Source: a virus | Virus record (IMG/VR): IMGVR_UViG_3300020473_000017 | Length of the DNA stretch: 64,000 bases | Reading direction: 5' to 3' (one strand) | Part shown: one piece after another, positions 37,028 through 47,890 of the stretch | Layout of the letters: each line of letters begins with the position of its first letter | Numbering within the stretch: the stretch's first letter is position 1 | Program-made: the position numbers and the translations under genes | Notes under the pieces: model-generated | The model's input: the letters and a program-made list of their open reading frames with translations, nothing else | Database searches by the model: none | Told to the model about the DNA's origin: nothing

Positions 37028-37361
37028 CATCATCCCAATCCTCATCCCAGTCTATACTATCATCAGCATCTTCCCAAAATGCCTCGTAACAATCCGCATC
37101 CTCCTCATCAAACATAGAGAGATGGTGGTTTAATGTTATCTTACCTTCTAAGGATCCAACACTTATGGTACTATCTCCCTCATTGATACAGAACCCACGC
37201 ATCAACCAACGTGTTAGTTCATGCTCTGGATATGCTTCCATCATAAGATCAACCAACTCTTCAAACTGTTCGCGTTGTAAATGCTTGTACTCAGTCCATG
37301 GGTGACCTACATTCTCCTTCCAACACGGAATATAACCATCACGAAGCTCAAGCACGTTCAA
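37014..37361 (-). CDS. Hypothetical protein with very acidic C-terminus
   Basis: ORF track. Confidence 0.65.
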   Translation of the reverse strand: MNVLELRDGYIPCWKENVGHPWTEYKHLQREQFEELVDLMMEAYPEHELTRWLMRGFCINEGDSTISVGSLEGKITLNHHLSMFDEEDADCYEAFWEDADDSIDWDEDWDDEDTE

Positions 37362-38022
37362 ATACCTCTATTCTACCGCTTATCCATTGATGAGCATAGT
37401 TAATTAGTTCATCCTCTAGTACCATAGGTTCATTAGTAAACTCAATCAGATATCCTGGTTTCTCAAATTGTAGCAAATCAAAATCATTTAGGACACGTCT
37501 TGGAGATCCCATAGGCAATTCAACATTACCAAACGTAGCATCCTCCGTAGGAACCAATATAGAATCAGAAGACATGGGCATAAAATGCGTCTCTTTATCT
37601 ATCTTGTGTACTTGTCTGCGTAGATTTGGTATATGATCTGCATCTGGATCCCATCCAACACAAATGGCACCGCAATTATTTGTCAGTGCCGTAAACCTAG
37701 TGATACCAGACACTCTCATTGATGTATGAGATCCTGGTCTATAACGTAGATACTGCGGATATGCAGCAGTTTCGCTCATCCATACACCATCAGTGAACAG
37801 TAAGCATCTACTATGTAAGTAAAAACGTGTAAGGAATTCCCATGGATACTCTACATGTTCCCTCTCAAACATTTGTTTGATCATGTCAACATGATGATCC
37901 TTAACATATACCTTGTGCTCTTCAGGGTCATCCCCAAAGAACTTAAAAGCTTGTTGGCATCCTTTATGATATAGTACGGTGAGGTTCTCGAAAGTATCCC
38001 TCACTGTGATCGCTGGCATCAT
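37348..38022 (-). CDS. Hypothetical protein, probable paralog of 38019-38738
   Basis: Shared SILVP and KPxxxIEFT motifs. Confidence 0.75.
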   Translation of the reverse strand: MMPAITVRDTFENLTVLYHKGCQQAFKFFGDDPEEHKVYVKDHHVDMIKQMFEREHVEYPWEFLTRFYLHSRCLLFTDGVWMSETAAYPQYLRYRPGSHTSMRVSGITRFTALTNNCGAICVGWDPDADHIPNLRRQVHKIDKETHFMPMSSDSILVPTEDATFGNVELPMGSPRRVLNDFDLLQFEKPGYLIEFTNEPMVLEDELINYAHQWISGRIEVFERA

Positions 38023-38738
38023 CTATCTACAATTTCAATAAGACCATCTTCGATTTGTTGTAACCATGTTCTACCAAACTCAGCAACGTCTGGTTCTTCT
38101 CTTGTAAACTCTATCACTATTGTGGGTTTGTCTACTGTGATTTGAACCATTGTTGAATCTGTTATAGAAAATGGAAAATGTTGTGCTAATTTCTGTTGAT
38201 TGTACCAACAGTCATGCATAGGTACCAGTATACTACCATTTCCTGTCGGTGTAAAGGCCCCACTTTTCTCATAGAAATATACTCTTCTGTTAGTAGCGTG
38301 TAAATCCTCAAAACCTTGACATGAGGCTACACCACCTTCCTCTTGAGATATTAATCTTGCAAGACCTGGAAATCTAAAGTGCGTGTATGCACCATTGTTA
38401 TACACAAAAGATTTATGTGCGGGCCGCAAACTGTCACTCTTCCATGTACTTCCGAACATTACTGTTCTATGATGTACCTGTAATGTTTTACCGAATTCTC
38501 TTATTAACTCCTCATTCTTAGCAACAATGCCTTTCTTATTCTTCTTAATATGATCTGCAAGAACATCACTCTGTGTGAATAGAGGTATCTCCTTAAAAGG
38601 ATCTGGATCGTTACCAAATATCTTCTTACCTTTGCGTGCGTCTGTTGTACTAAAAACAGTTAAACCATGCGAAGTAATACTCCTACCAAAGGAGTATTGT
38701 GCTATCCTTGAGTCCTGAGTTTCTGCAAATTGATACAT
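38019..38738 (-). CDS. Hypothetical protein, probable paralog of 37348-38022
   Basis: ORF track; shared motifs. Confidence 0.75.
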   Translation of the reverse strand: MYQFAETQDSRIAQYSFGRSITSHGLTVFSTTDARKGKKIFGNDPDPFKEIPLFTQSDVLADHIKKNKKGIVAKNEELIREFGKTLQVHHRTVMFGSTWKSDSLRPAHKSFVYNNGAYTHFRFPGLARLISQEEGGVASCQGFEDLHATNRRVYFYEKSGAFTPTGNGSILVPMHDCWYNQQKLAQHFPFSITDSTMVQITVDKPTIVIEFTREEPDVAEFGRTWLQQIEDGLIEIVDR

Positions 38739-38740
38739 GC

Positions 38741-39247
38741 TTACTCCTCAGTTGTGGCATCTTCTTCTGCTAGTGCTTGTGTAAGTGCTTCAAACTGAAG
38801 GTCGAAGTCATCTTCATTATAAACATTAACAACTTGTGTTGTGTTTATTGCACCAACAACAGGATCAACATGAGTAGAATCTGCTCTTGCTACTGTTTCT
38901 CTATGACGCATCAAGTCTTCCATTGGAACTACTTGCTCTGTGTCTAGTATATTATTGAGAGCAATAAGAGTACCAGACATATCAGCTTCTTCAAGTTGTC
39001 CATTTTTAACAGCCTGATATACTGCTTCAGCAATCTGAAATCTTAATGGTTCCTTATCTTCAGGCTCTAATGAATCTAGATCCATAGGAATAGGTCCATA
39101 CCATTCATCATTCTTAAGCGTACCATCATTAAAGTACACTTCAAATGTATTGTCTTCTGGATTAAAGTTAGTTGCTTTATAAGTTGGAGCTACGTCAGCG
39201 TCCAATCTAAATTGTACGTCGATGTTCTCGACATTTGTTGTAGTCAT
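38741..39247 (-). CDS. Acidic hypothetical protein, possible fibre chaperone
   Basis: Coupled to the adhesin gene; function inferred from position only. Confidence 0.65.
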   Translation of the reverse strand: MTTTNVENIDVQFRLDADVAPTYKATNFNPEDNTFEVYFNDGTLKNDEWYGPIPMDLDSLEPEDKEPLRFQIAEAVYQAVKNGQLEEADMSGTLIALNNILDTEQVVPMEDLMRHRETVARADSTHVDPVVGAINTTQVVNVYNEDDFDLQFEALTQALAEEDATTEE

Positions 39248-40254
39248 TAGTTTACTTGTCCACCGTTGATTGTACCAGAGGTCAACTTAGTTATATAGGA
39301 GACTCCATCAATGGCATTTCCACCAGAGCCAGGTGTTCCTCTTCCAGATCCACCTTGAGCAGTGGATCCCCATCCACCACCTCTACCTCCTGCTCTTGAA
39401 CCACATCCTGAAGCTCCTCCACCATTTCCTGGTGAATTTATTGAACCGTTCTGCCCATTGTTTCCTCCTGTTCCTCTCTGACCTCCTGGATAGCCAATAC
39501 CACCACCTCCACCGCCTCCTTGTGACGTTGAGAAATTTTGATATGTTGCTTGACACTGACTTCCCTTCATACAACCATATTGTCCTGTGTTTTGGTAGGT
39601 ACATTGACCACCACGGCCACCGCCGCCGCCTCCACCGCCTCCAGCGATTTGACCATTATTAATTAAAATAGATTCTTCTCTTACATATAATCCAGTTTGT
39701 CCGTTCTGTCCACCATTGGTATTAGATGTGTTTTGTCCAGCTGAACCATTACCACCTTTACCCACTACACGTTTACCACCGCCAACAACGATTAATACCT
39801 TAGACGCACCAGTTATATTGTTTATAGTTACATTTCTCTGAAGTGAATTTATATTTACAACACCGTAAACATCAGCACCACCTTGAGTATTATATCCAGA
39901 ATATGATAGAGCAGTATCTAATTCAAATGTATAACCATCAGCTGCTATTGTGGTATAAGATCCTGTTTGCAAAACATCTGTAGATCCTCCTGTACACTCC
40001 ATCCATCTAGTATTAACTGTCTTACCTGATGAACCATTGTTATTACTATTCAGATCAAATTGAAATCTATACACATTACCTTTATGTACTTCTCTCCAAG
40101 TTCCACCACTCTTAATATAATGTTGCTTGGCTCTTCTCCAAGTACCACCATCTTTTACGTGGATAGAATGAGTTGGTTCCCAAGTACCACTCCTTTTTAT
40201 CCATGCATTACCACCAAGTAGCTCTGCATATTGATCAGAATAAGGTAATGCCAT
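39247..40254 (-). CDS. Gly-rich fibre-tip adhesin (T-even gp38-like)
   Basis: INNGQIAGGGGGGGGG, several poly-Gly runs, C-terminal GNAI...GTING; three N-terminal GTW repeats. Confidence 0.7.
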   Translation of the reverse strand: MALPYSDQYAELLGGNAWIKRSGTWEPTHSIHVKDGGTWRRAKQHYIKSGGTWREVHKGNVYRFQFDLNSNNNGSSGKTVNTRWMECTGGSTDVLQTGSYTTIAADGYTFELDTALSYSGYNTQGGADVYGVVNINSLQRNVTINNITGASKVLIVVGGGKRVVGKGGNGSAGQNTSNTNGGQNGQTGLYVREESILINNGQIAGGGGGGGGGRGGQCTYQNTGQYGCMKGSQCQATYQNFSTSQGGGGGGGIGYPGGQRGTGGNNGQNGSINSPGNGGGASGCGSRAGGRGGGWGSTAQGGSGRGTPGSGGNAIDGVSYITKLTSGTINGGQVN

Positions 40255-43200
40255 TAGTATCTATACCAAACATCTCCATTTGAACCACCAGAAGGTGCAT
40301 TTGTACTTATCCATCTTCTACCGTATGCATTTGATTCATCACCGATAGTAAATGTAACTCCACCTGTAGTTGAGTTAACAGATCCATCGTGGAAACCTGA
40401 AGGATTAGCAAATGATGTGACACCACTGTTAGCAATGGTGATGGAGTTTGCACCATTACTAATACTAATACCAGAACCTTGAGTGATAGTTGATTTAGCA
40501 AATCCACTCGCAGAACCAATCAATAATTGACCGTTTGATAGTGTTGATGTATTTATTCCAGTACCACCATACTGTCTACTGATCGTAGTTGCATTCCAAG
40601 TACCAGTTGTGACAGTACCAATAGTAGCAAGACTAGATGCAGATGTTAATGATCCGAGAGAATCTATTGCTGATTCTATAGTAGCTTCAGTAGTAGCATC
40701 AAGAGCATCAATACCCTTTAATGTACATGTACCAGAACTATCAGATATACAATTTGTACTACCAACTGTTAGATCTCCTCCTCCAATGGTGAAATCACCA
40801 CTTATTTCAAGAGTATTTCTTATAGTAGTTGTACCAGTTGTAGCACCAATTTGAACATCAGTAGCAGCACCACCAATATTCAATGTTGTTGCGGTAGTTT
40901 GAATTAAGTTAAAGGTTGTCTGGTTAGTAGTAATATCACCACCATTAACAGCTATGTCATTACTGAATGTAGCAACATCAGTAACACCTAGTGTGCCACC
41001 TAAAGTAGTGGCACCTGTTCCAACTTGTAAGGTTCCTAAGTTGTTAATCTTAAGACCTAGGTTGTTACTCAATTCTAGATCACCAGTACTAGAACCAGTA
41101 CCAGTACCACCAGTAATGGACATGTTACCAGTATCACTTAATCCAAACTTAACCCAGTTACCACCTAGATATGCACTACCTAGATATCCTCCTCGTGCTG
41201 GATTCTCAAGTAATTTCCAGTCACCTGTAGCACCTTGTGTGGTATTTGATGGGTCAGTACCTAAAACATCAATGTTCTTTTGTGATTCAGATGCAGTACC
41301 AATAGTAATATCGGCAACTGTCATCTCAGAATTAAAGGTTGATAGTCCTTCTACCCTGAATTTACCTCTAATTTCAGTCTCAAGACTATTAGATTCAACA
41401 GTAATCTTATCCCTAACAATGATCTCATCATAGGTAGGACGTAAGTTTGCAGTCTCACCAACAATGGATAGTGTAGGAGTATCAAGGTTTGCTTCTTCAC
41501 CAGTAACAGAACTAACCTTAGTATTACCAATGAATAGGTCACCATTACTGTTAAGTCCAGAGTAGAATGCAATACCTCCATTCTCTTTCTGTGACTGTGA
41601 AACAAGAACTTCAGGTTCAGTTAGAACTCTATTCTGTACTGAAGGTAGACCAGTTGAGTAGTTACCTGGACCATAACCAACATATTCAAATGTATGGTTA
41701 CCAGATCTTAGAATACTTGGTCGTCTAAGTTCAGTATCAGTACCACCTGTTGCATTAACAGGTATCATTCTTACTGCTTGATCTAACTCAGTCGCATCAC
41801 CATCTCTTGCTTCAAGAGTAATAAAGTTTGCTTGCTGAGGATCAGTTGTGTTTGCATTGGTATAATTATTCCTTGATTCCTCAATGAAATCACCAATTGA
41901 TTCTTTAGTGGTTGATAAGGTCTTATCCTCAAGTCCTGTGGCCACATCAGTTGTTGTAACTAAACCAATAGTAGTATTACTTGCAGCAGATGTTGCTTCA
42001 GCTGGATCCTCTGTTGGATTATCCTTATCTAAAGTAGGATATAAGTCATTAATATTCTGAGAGAATGAAAATGCATTAACACTAGCATTGGTTGGTGATA
42101 CACTACCTTTCAATACAGTACAGTAATAGATACCATTTTGTACTGACTTCTTAAGTTCCTTCGCTGTTTCAATATCATAGATGTAATAAACATCACCATA
42201 TGACTGACCAGTAGGTACGTTTCGTGGTTGAATAATATATCCATTGATAGGATCTCTTTGTAGATCAACTGAACTATCTACAACATAACGTAATCTATAT
42301 GTTCTATCCCTAGAAGTTCTGTTATCAGGAACACGTCTCATGTATCCTGCACCAGTGAATAGTGAATTAGTATAGAAATTATCATCAGCAAGATGATAAT
42401 GTATACCTTTATATCCAGTGGTTGCAGATGCATTCTGTGAACCAGATGTAGCTGCAGTAACTCTCAAATACCAGTTACCTAATGTTGCATCCCATTGTAT
42501 TGGATGATTTGGATCTCCAGCAACAAATGAATTTGCAGTAACATCAGTGAATACACTATCAGCTGGTGAAGCACTACCATCAGGTGTGATTAATGCAGCA
42601 AATATAGTTGGTACAGAGTTATTACCAGAATCTATAAGAGATACTAATATTTTATCTTGTATTCTGGCACCAATATTGAAACCTTGTAGTTTATATGGTG
42701 GTTTGGTTGCTTGTGATGTATATCCATAGAGATATAATCTTGTATCTACAGCACCAATATGAGCCCATGTAACATTACCAGTACCACTTTCAGTTTGGCT
42801 ACCACTAGTATGAACTGGACCACTTCCAGCACCAGCGGTTGTTCCACCAGCAATAGTGTAGTATGCCTGTCCAGAGTTTGTACATGTTGCTCCAGCAGCA
42901 ATAGTCTGGTTAAATGCCCATGCTGTGTTGTTTCTAGCAGCATTCTGCTGTACCTTTTGTACGTCAAATGCTACATAACCAACAGGAATTTCATTAATAA
43001 CACCTTTCCATACACTTACACCAGTAGCAGTTGATCCACGATAACCTCTATTTAAGGTTAATTGACCACTAGTTCCATTAACAGCAGTTACCTTATATGC
43101 TTCTTGAGCATCAGATTGTATGAATTTAATATAATCATTAACTTCTATACCATGGTTATCATTGTTATTAACACAAGCAACAATCCAATTGTTTTCTGTA

Positions 43201-44834
43201 ACATTGAAAGTGTATGCACCAACAGCACCATAGGTTCTTGCTAACTTTTTAGGTGGAATAACATGAGTTATCTTACCAGCTTTATCCTGTGTAAATGGTG
43301 CTCCCTTAAATCCTTTTGCTCTTAATGCACAGGATCCAAAGTTACTGTTAGAGTTAGTAATTGACTGGTCACCACCACTTAGGGCTACGAAATGATCAGC
43401 AAATCCAACAGCGAACACTGATACTGCCTGTATAACAGCATCATTTGAACATTTTACATGGAAGTTTCTATATGCAGCTTTAAATATACTATCTCCATCA
43501 GTGTGGCCACCTGCTTCGTATGCAGATCCATTCCACTTGATGAATGCGTTATCATCTTTCTGTAGTGATACACCAGTAAACTGAGCAACAACCATGGATT
43601 TGAATCCAGTTGCTTTGCTACCATCAGCGTGCATACCACAGGTTCCCCAAGTAGATCTTAGAGAACAGTTGAATATGTATGGTGATGATGAGTCTACGTT
43701 ATCAACTTCTACCTGAACTTGGCAACTATCTGTTGTTGGGTTACCAGATGGTGCACCTGATCCAGGATCTTTAATAATGTATCTAAATTTAGTTGGTGAT
43801 ACAACTTCACTAACAAAATATGATCCATTAAATCTTGAAGCATCAGTTCCTGTGACACCACTAATAAGAATAGGAGTACCAACAGATAGATTATGATTAG
43901 CTGTTGTAGTTACCTGAGCAGTTGTTGTGAATACGTTCACATTAACATAGTCAGTTATAATACCACTAGATGCTGTATTAGCAATAGTTACAGGTCCAGC
44001 TAAGTTAGGACCAACAATTCTATTTTCTTCTACTCTTGCTTGTAATTCATCAGCACTTTGTGTACCAGTAGCATCAGGAATATCAGCATATGCCTTAGCA
44101 ATCTTCTGATAGTATAACTCTAGATCATTCTCTGTTAATGCTTGACCATCAGTTCCAGTAACACCTGCCTGTATATTATTACCATCAGCATACTCAAAAC
44201 AAGTTAGTTTATGGTGAGAGAATGTTGGTGGTGATGATGCAGATGGCTGTGCAGGGTCTTTGTATACACCTGTAGAAGGTCCATCAAAGAAACTAAATTG
44301 CCAGAAATAGCAACCACCAGTTACCCTGAAGATTGCAGATCTATCAATAGCACCAGCAGTAGGATCGGGAATATATAACGGTCTAATCTTAGTCTTTCTA
44401 AGATCCATACCAACAAGTGATGTACCTCTAGGTACTATTACACCACCCTCAACTGAGTTAAATCGGTATAATACATTGTTTGGATTAGGATTACCACTAG
44501 CATCTGTTAAATCAAAGTTAGTGGATGAACTTAATTCTGTAATATCTGCAGGTAGATAAGCATTACCTGAAGTATTTGTGCCTGGTCTATTATCTATAAG
44601 ATAATCACCAGGATATAATACGATAGTAAATGATTCATAGGCATCATTAAATTGACCAGCCCTATAAGAAAATCTGGCAGATTCTATTAGTGCCCTTTGT
44701 ATAGTTTTAAAAGGACGGTTAGGTGAGTTACCTCTATTGTCAAATGAGTCAGATGCATCAAAATCATCAGGGTTGACATATAGGCAACGGCCAGTTTTTG
44801 ATGTAAAGACGTTCTTAAGTCTGGTTAGTGCCAT
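40254..44834 (-). CDS. Large tail fibre / virion structural protein
   Basis: LYVNP...RGNSPNRPFKTIQRAL N-terminus, T/G-rich fibre repeats, C-terminal GDVWYRY. Confidence 0.78.
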   Translation of the reverse strand: MALTRLKNVFTSKTGRCLYVNPDDFDASDSFDNRGNSPNRPFKTIQRALIESARFSYRAGQFNDAYESFTIVLYPGDYLIDNRPGTNTSGNAYLPADITELSSSTNFDLTDASGNPNPNNVLYRFNSVEGGVIVPRGTSLVGMDLRKTKIRPLYIPDPTAGAIDRSAIFRVTGGCYFWQFSFFDGPSTGVYKDPAQPSASSPPTFSHHKLTCFEYADGNNIQAGVTGTDGQALTENDLELYYQKIAKAYADIPDATGTQSADELQARVEENRIVGPNLAGPVTIANTASSGIITDYVNVNVFTTTAQVTTTANHNLSVGTPILISGVTGTDASRFNGSYFVSEVVSPTKFRYIIKDPGSGAPSGNPTTDSCQVQVEVDNVDSSSPYIFNCSLRSTWGTCGMHADGSKATGFKSMVVAQFTGVSLQKDDNAFIKWNGSAYEAGGHTDGDSIFKAAYRNFHVKCSNDAVIQAVSVFAVGFADHFVALSGGDQSITNSNSNFGSCALRAKGFKGAPFTQDKAGKITHVIPPKKLARTYGAVGAYTFNVTENNWIVACVNNNDNHGIEVNDYIKFIQSDAQEAYKVTAVNGTSGQLTLNRGYRGSTATGVSVWKGVINEIPVGYVAFDVQKVQQNAARNNTAWAFNQTIAAGATCTNSGQAYYTIAGGTTAGAGSGPVHTSGSQTESGTGNVTWAHIGAVDTRLYLYGYTSQATKPPYKLQGFNIGARIQDKILVSLIDSGNNSVPTIFAALITPDGSASPADSVFTDVTANSFVAGDPNHPIQWDATLGNWYLRVTAATSGSQNASATTGYKGIHYHLADDNFYTNSLFTGAGYMRRVPDNRTSRDRTYRLRYVVDSSVDLQRDPINGYIIQPRNVPTGQSYGDVYYIYDIETAKELKKSVQNGIYYCTVLKGSVSPTNASVNAFSFSQNINDLYPTLDKDNPTEDPAEATSAASNTTIGLVTTTDVATGLEDKTLSTTKESIGDFIEESRNNYTNANTTDPQQANFITLEARDGDATELDQAVRMIPVNATGGTDTELRRPSILRSGNHTFEYVGYGPGNYSTGLPSVQNRVLTEPEVLVSQSQKENGGIAFYSGLNSNGDLFIGNTKVSSVTGEEANLDTPTLSIVGETANLRPTYDEIIVRDKITVESNSLETEIRGKFRVEGLSTFNSEMTVADITIGTASESQKNIDVLGTDPSNTTQGATGDWKLLENPARGGYLGSAYLGGNWVKFGLSDTGNMSITGGTGTGSSTGDLELSNNLGLKINNLGTLQVGTGATTLGGTLGVTDVATFSNDIAVNGGDITTNQTTFNLIQTTATTLNIGGAATDVQIGATTGTTTIRNTLEISGDFTIGGGDLTVGSTNCISDSSGTCTLKGIDALDATTEATIESAIDSLGSLTSASSLATIGTVTTGTWNATTISRQYGGTGINTSTLSNGQLLIGSASGFAKSTITQGSGISISNGANSITIANSGVTSFANPSGFHDGSVNSTTGGVTFTIGDESNAYGRRWISTNAPSGGSNGDVWYRY

Positions 44835-44851
44835 CTTTTACTATCTCTATG

Positions 44852-45844
44852 TTATGAAGGAATTTCAGCAGTATCTTCAAACCCTATTAGAGTTGCAGAT
44901 ACAGCAGCAGTTGATTTAACATAAAGTGATTGATAAGTACCAAGTACTAATCCTGTCAATTCAAAAGTTTTTTGGTCATCAATGGATACATTACGAGCAA
45001 TATACTGTGATGTTTCAACATCACGAACTGCAGAGATTAACAATTCAACGCCAGCAGCATCAATAAATTCTGTTGCAGGAGTTGTATTACCAGCAGCAGC
45101 ATACCTAGTTTGTGTAGTAGCTACTGGTGCATTATTAAATGCAGTAGACTTTGCAGCACTGTTGTTGTTCTCAGCAACAACCTCATTATTCATGTCATAG
45201 ATGTTCTTATAGTCGATATTATTTTTATACTCATAGTTTTGGAAGTATACTACTCCAAGTTGTGAGTCATAATACCTAATTCTACCTGACCACCCATCAG
45301 TTGCACCAGTACCAGCATAAGAAGGACCAGCAGATATTGTTCCACCATTGGCTCCAGTTACAGTAGTATCACCTGGAAGATCAAGTCCCTTTGGATGGCT
45401 CATGTTTCTCAACCAAAGTTTACTATTGGCAGCATCCCAGAGCTCAACAATGGCAGTCTGTGCAGTAGGAGTAAGTCCACTATTCGTCCAACTGACACTT
45501 TCACCAGGTGTAAATGATCCTGTAACACCACCACCCTCTATTACAACTGAAGTTGTGTATGAAAACTCAGGAAATGAAAATGCACTAAAGGTAGATGGTG
45601 CACCTGGTTGGTTACCTGGTGCATCTAGTTGCAATGCTTGAGTTTGTTCAGTTACTGCAATATCTACAGTAGCTGCACTACCAGTATTATTAGCAATTAT
45701 TAATTTACCACTCATCAGAGTAGCACCAGGACATGTATAGATGTTGAATCCCTGAGTTGCAGTTGCAGATGTAGTTCTTGAATTTGAGTACGGGGTAACG
45801 GATGGGGTGAAGTTTGCCAGTACTCCTACTTGTTTGACGGCCAT
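44852..45844 (-). CDS. Virion structural protein
   Basis: In fibre operon; A/T/G-rich; LIGFE near C-terminus. Confidence 0.65.
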   Translation of the reverse strand: MAVKQVGVLANFTPSVTPYSNSRTTSATATQGFNIYTCPGATLMSGKLIIANNTGSAATVDIAVTEQTQALQLDAPGNQPGAPSTFSAFSFPEFSYTTSVVIEGGGVTGSFTPGESVSWTNSGLTPTAQTAIVELWDAANSKLWLRNMSHPKGLDLPGDTTVTGANGGTISAGPSYAGTGATDGWSGRIRYYDSQLGVVYFQNYEYKNNIDYKNIYDMNNEVVAENNNSAAKSTAFNNAPVATTQTRYAAAGNTTPATEFIDAAGVELLISAVRDVETSQYIARNVSIDDQKTFELTGLVLGTYQSLYVKSTAAVSATLIGFEDTAEIPS

Positions 45845-45849
45845 GAGTT

Positions 45850-47418
45850 TTAATTAAATGAGTGGAAGTAGACTTTTGCCATTGATACACCGCTTCCAGT
45901 TCCAGAATTCAGCGTGGCAGTTGATCCTGTCTGTGGATCTGTTAGAACAATTTCTCTGGCAGAGATTTTACCACCAGTTTTATTAACGGGATCAGTTGTA
46001 TTAATAGTTATATCACCATCAAACCAACCATCTCCAGATACATCTAACTTGTAACCTGGAGTTTTCCCAATACCAAATTGACCACTACCATCTAAGATAG
46101 CTTGGTCAGCACCAGTATCATCAGTAAAGTTTAAACTTGAACTTGCTACACGCTTCTGAATAACCGATTTCGATGTTCCAGCATCTCCAATTATAAGTGA
46201 AGAACCTGTAGCATATATAGATCCTTCAACTTCAAGATTGTATGTTGCAGCAGCTCTACCAATACCTAATTGACCATCTAATTGATGTGCAGTACCAGAA
46301 CTTACAATATTACCAGTGGATGTGATATTAGTAACAGAATCTACAGCACCATTAATTGTTATACCTGTTGCTGTTGTATCAATACGTAAATCAGTAGCAA
46401 GTGTTGACTGACTTCCACTATGATAGATTCTTGTTGATGTGTTGTCCGCTTGTAACCATACTCCTACACTAGACTCACTTCCTAATTGAATTGTACCAGA
46501 ACTACCAATAGAAAATCTACTGGACTGGTCAATAATATAAAAAGTGTCATTATAAATTCCACCAAGACCACTGATTGCTGTAAAACCAAATGATGTAAAC
46601 CCAGTGTTACCATCGTCATTAGCATGAGAGAATCTAAAATCAGATGTTTCTGGTAACCTAATGCTACCACTAGTTCCAAACTGCAAATCACCAGTTAAGG
46701 TTAATCCTTGGTTTTGAACTACTGTGTTGTTAAATGTTGCAGCAGCACTAAAGGAAGCTGAACCATTAACAGTTACAGTATCTACAGAAGTTGTTCCCAA
46801 TACTCCACTACCTGTGGAAGTAAAATCAACAATACTAAAAGTGCCTGTAAAGGCAGCACTGTCAAGGGTTTTATTTGTGAGCGTTTGAGTGGCACCTAAA
46901 GTTACAAGTGTATCACTTGCAGCAGTTTGACCATTAGAAGGTAACACATATGTATGAGTTACACCTGCAGGTATTGATTCTGTACTAAACTTACCTACCT
47001 TACTATTATCAGATGAGTTTGGTATTACAAACAAACTATCTGTAATTGCTAGAATAGAACCTAAACGAATAACACCAGTACCCTGTGCGGATATGGTGAA
47101 GTCTAAGTTAGTATCAGCAGCATCTTGTGCAGCAATGTTGAGTGTATTACCTACCTTTTGCAAGTTCAGTCGTGCATCACCCATTGCTAGGCCGACTTGG
47201 CCTTGAGTTTCTGAGAATATACCAGTCGCGGTTTTTCCTTCAAAAGATAAACCTGGAGTAGTATATGTACCTGAAGGTACAGCTCGGAATATACTACCTA
47301 CAGCCGATCTTTTATTTTGATCTGTTGGATCCGAATTATCTAGAAGTAAGAGAGTATCAGAGCTAGATACGCTTCCTGCTTCCAATAATGTTAGGTCAGA
47401 TATCTTACGTGTTGCCAC
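45850..47418 (-). CDS. Tail fibre-like protein
   Basis: MATRKISDL, TQTLTNKTL, GQLGIG..LEVEG repeats. Confidence 0.72.
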   Translation of the reverse strand: MATRKISDLTLLEAGSVSSSDTLLLLDNSDPTDQNKRSAVGSIFRAVPSGTYTTPGLSFEGKTATGIFSETQGQVGLAMGDARLNLQKVGNTLNIAAQDAADTNLDFTISAQGTGVIRLGSILAITDSLFVIPNSSDNSKVGKFSTESIPAGVTHTYVLPSNGQTAASDTLVTLGATQTLTNKTLDSAAFTGTFSIVDFTSTGSGVLGTTSVDTVTVNGSASFSAAATFNNTVVQNQGLTLTGDLQFGTSGSIRLPETSDFRFSHANDDGNTGFTSFGFTAISGLGGIYNDTFYIIDQSSRFSIGSSGTIQLGSESSVGVWLQADNTSTRIYHSGSQSTLATDLRIDTTATGITINGAVDSVTNITSTGNIVSSGTAHQLDGQLGIGRAAATYNLEVEGSIYATGSSLIIGDAGTSKSVIQKRVASSSLNFTDDTGADQAILDGSGQFGIGKTPGYKLDVSGDGWFDGDITINTTDPVNKTGGKISAREIVLTDPQTGSTATLNSGTGSGVSMAKVYFHSFN

Positions 47419-47446
47419 ACTAAGTCCACAATAAAACGTTCAAGTC

Positions 47447-47454
47447 TATTTATA
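47447..47454 (-). promoter_or_regulatory. T4-type late promoter TATAAATA
   Basis: Upstream of the fibre operon. Confidence 0.75.
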
Positions 47455-47890
47455 ACTTCTTCTTGAATGTAAAAAATCCCTCACTACCATGCCAGTACCC
47501 TTTGTCCCAACTATGGTACTCAGTAGCATATAATTTTGCTTGACTTTCCAACTTTTTACCTTTATATGTACAATCTGGCATAGATGCACCATAAAATGCC
47601 ATATCATCAGGCACAAAAGAGAATATCATATCACATGCTGGATTCTTTACTATTAATATACCCGTATTATCATTTAATATTAAAGGTGCGGTAACCTCCA
47701 CTTCCATCTCTCTGTATGGTTTGTCAGTATAATTGTATCGAGATTTAGTAAGAAACTTATGTTCATCTACTTTCTCATGAGTTACTATTATATGTGCCCA
47801 CTTTGTAGGGTTTGATGATGCTTGATGCCAATTATCAAAGGTTCCTTCAAACCATTGGCAAAATAAATCTAATTCCATTTGATTGGACAT
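47450..47890 (-). CDS. cpeT: CpeT/CpcT-like phycobilin lyase (auxiliary metabolic gene)
   Basis: FDNWHQASSNP..WAHI, PYR, WDKGY.HGS.GFFTF. Confidence 0.85.
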   Translation of the reverse strand: MSNQMELDLFCQWFEGTFDNWHQASSNPTKWAHIIVTHEKVDEHKFLTKSRYNYTDKPYREMEVEVTAPLILNDNTGILIVKNPACDMIFSFVPDDMAFYGASMPDCTYKGKKLESQAKLYATEYHSWDKGYWHGSEGFFTFKKKL

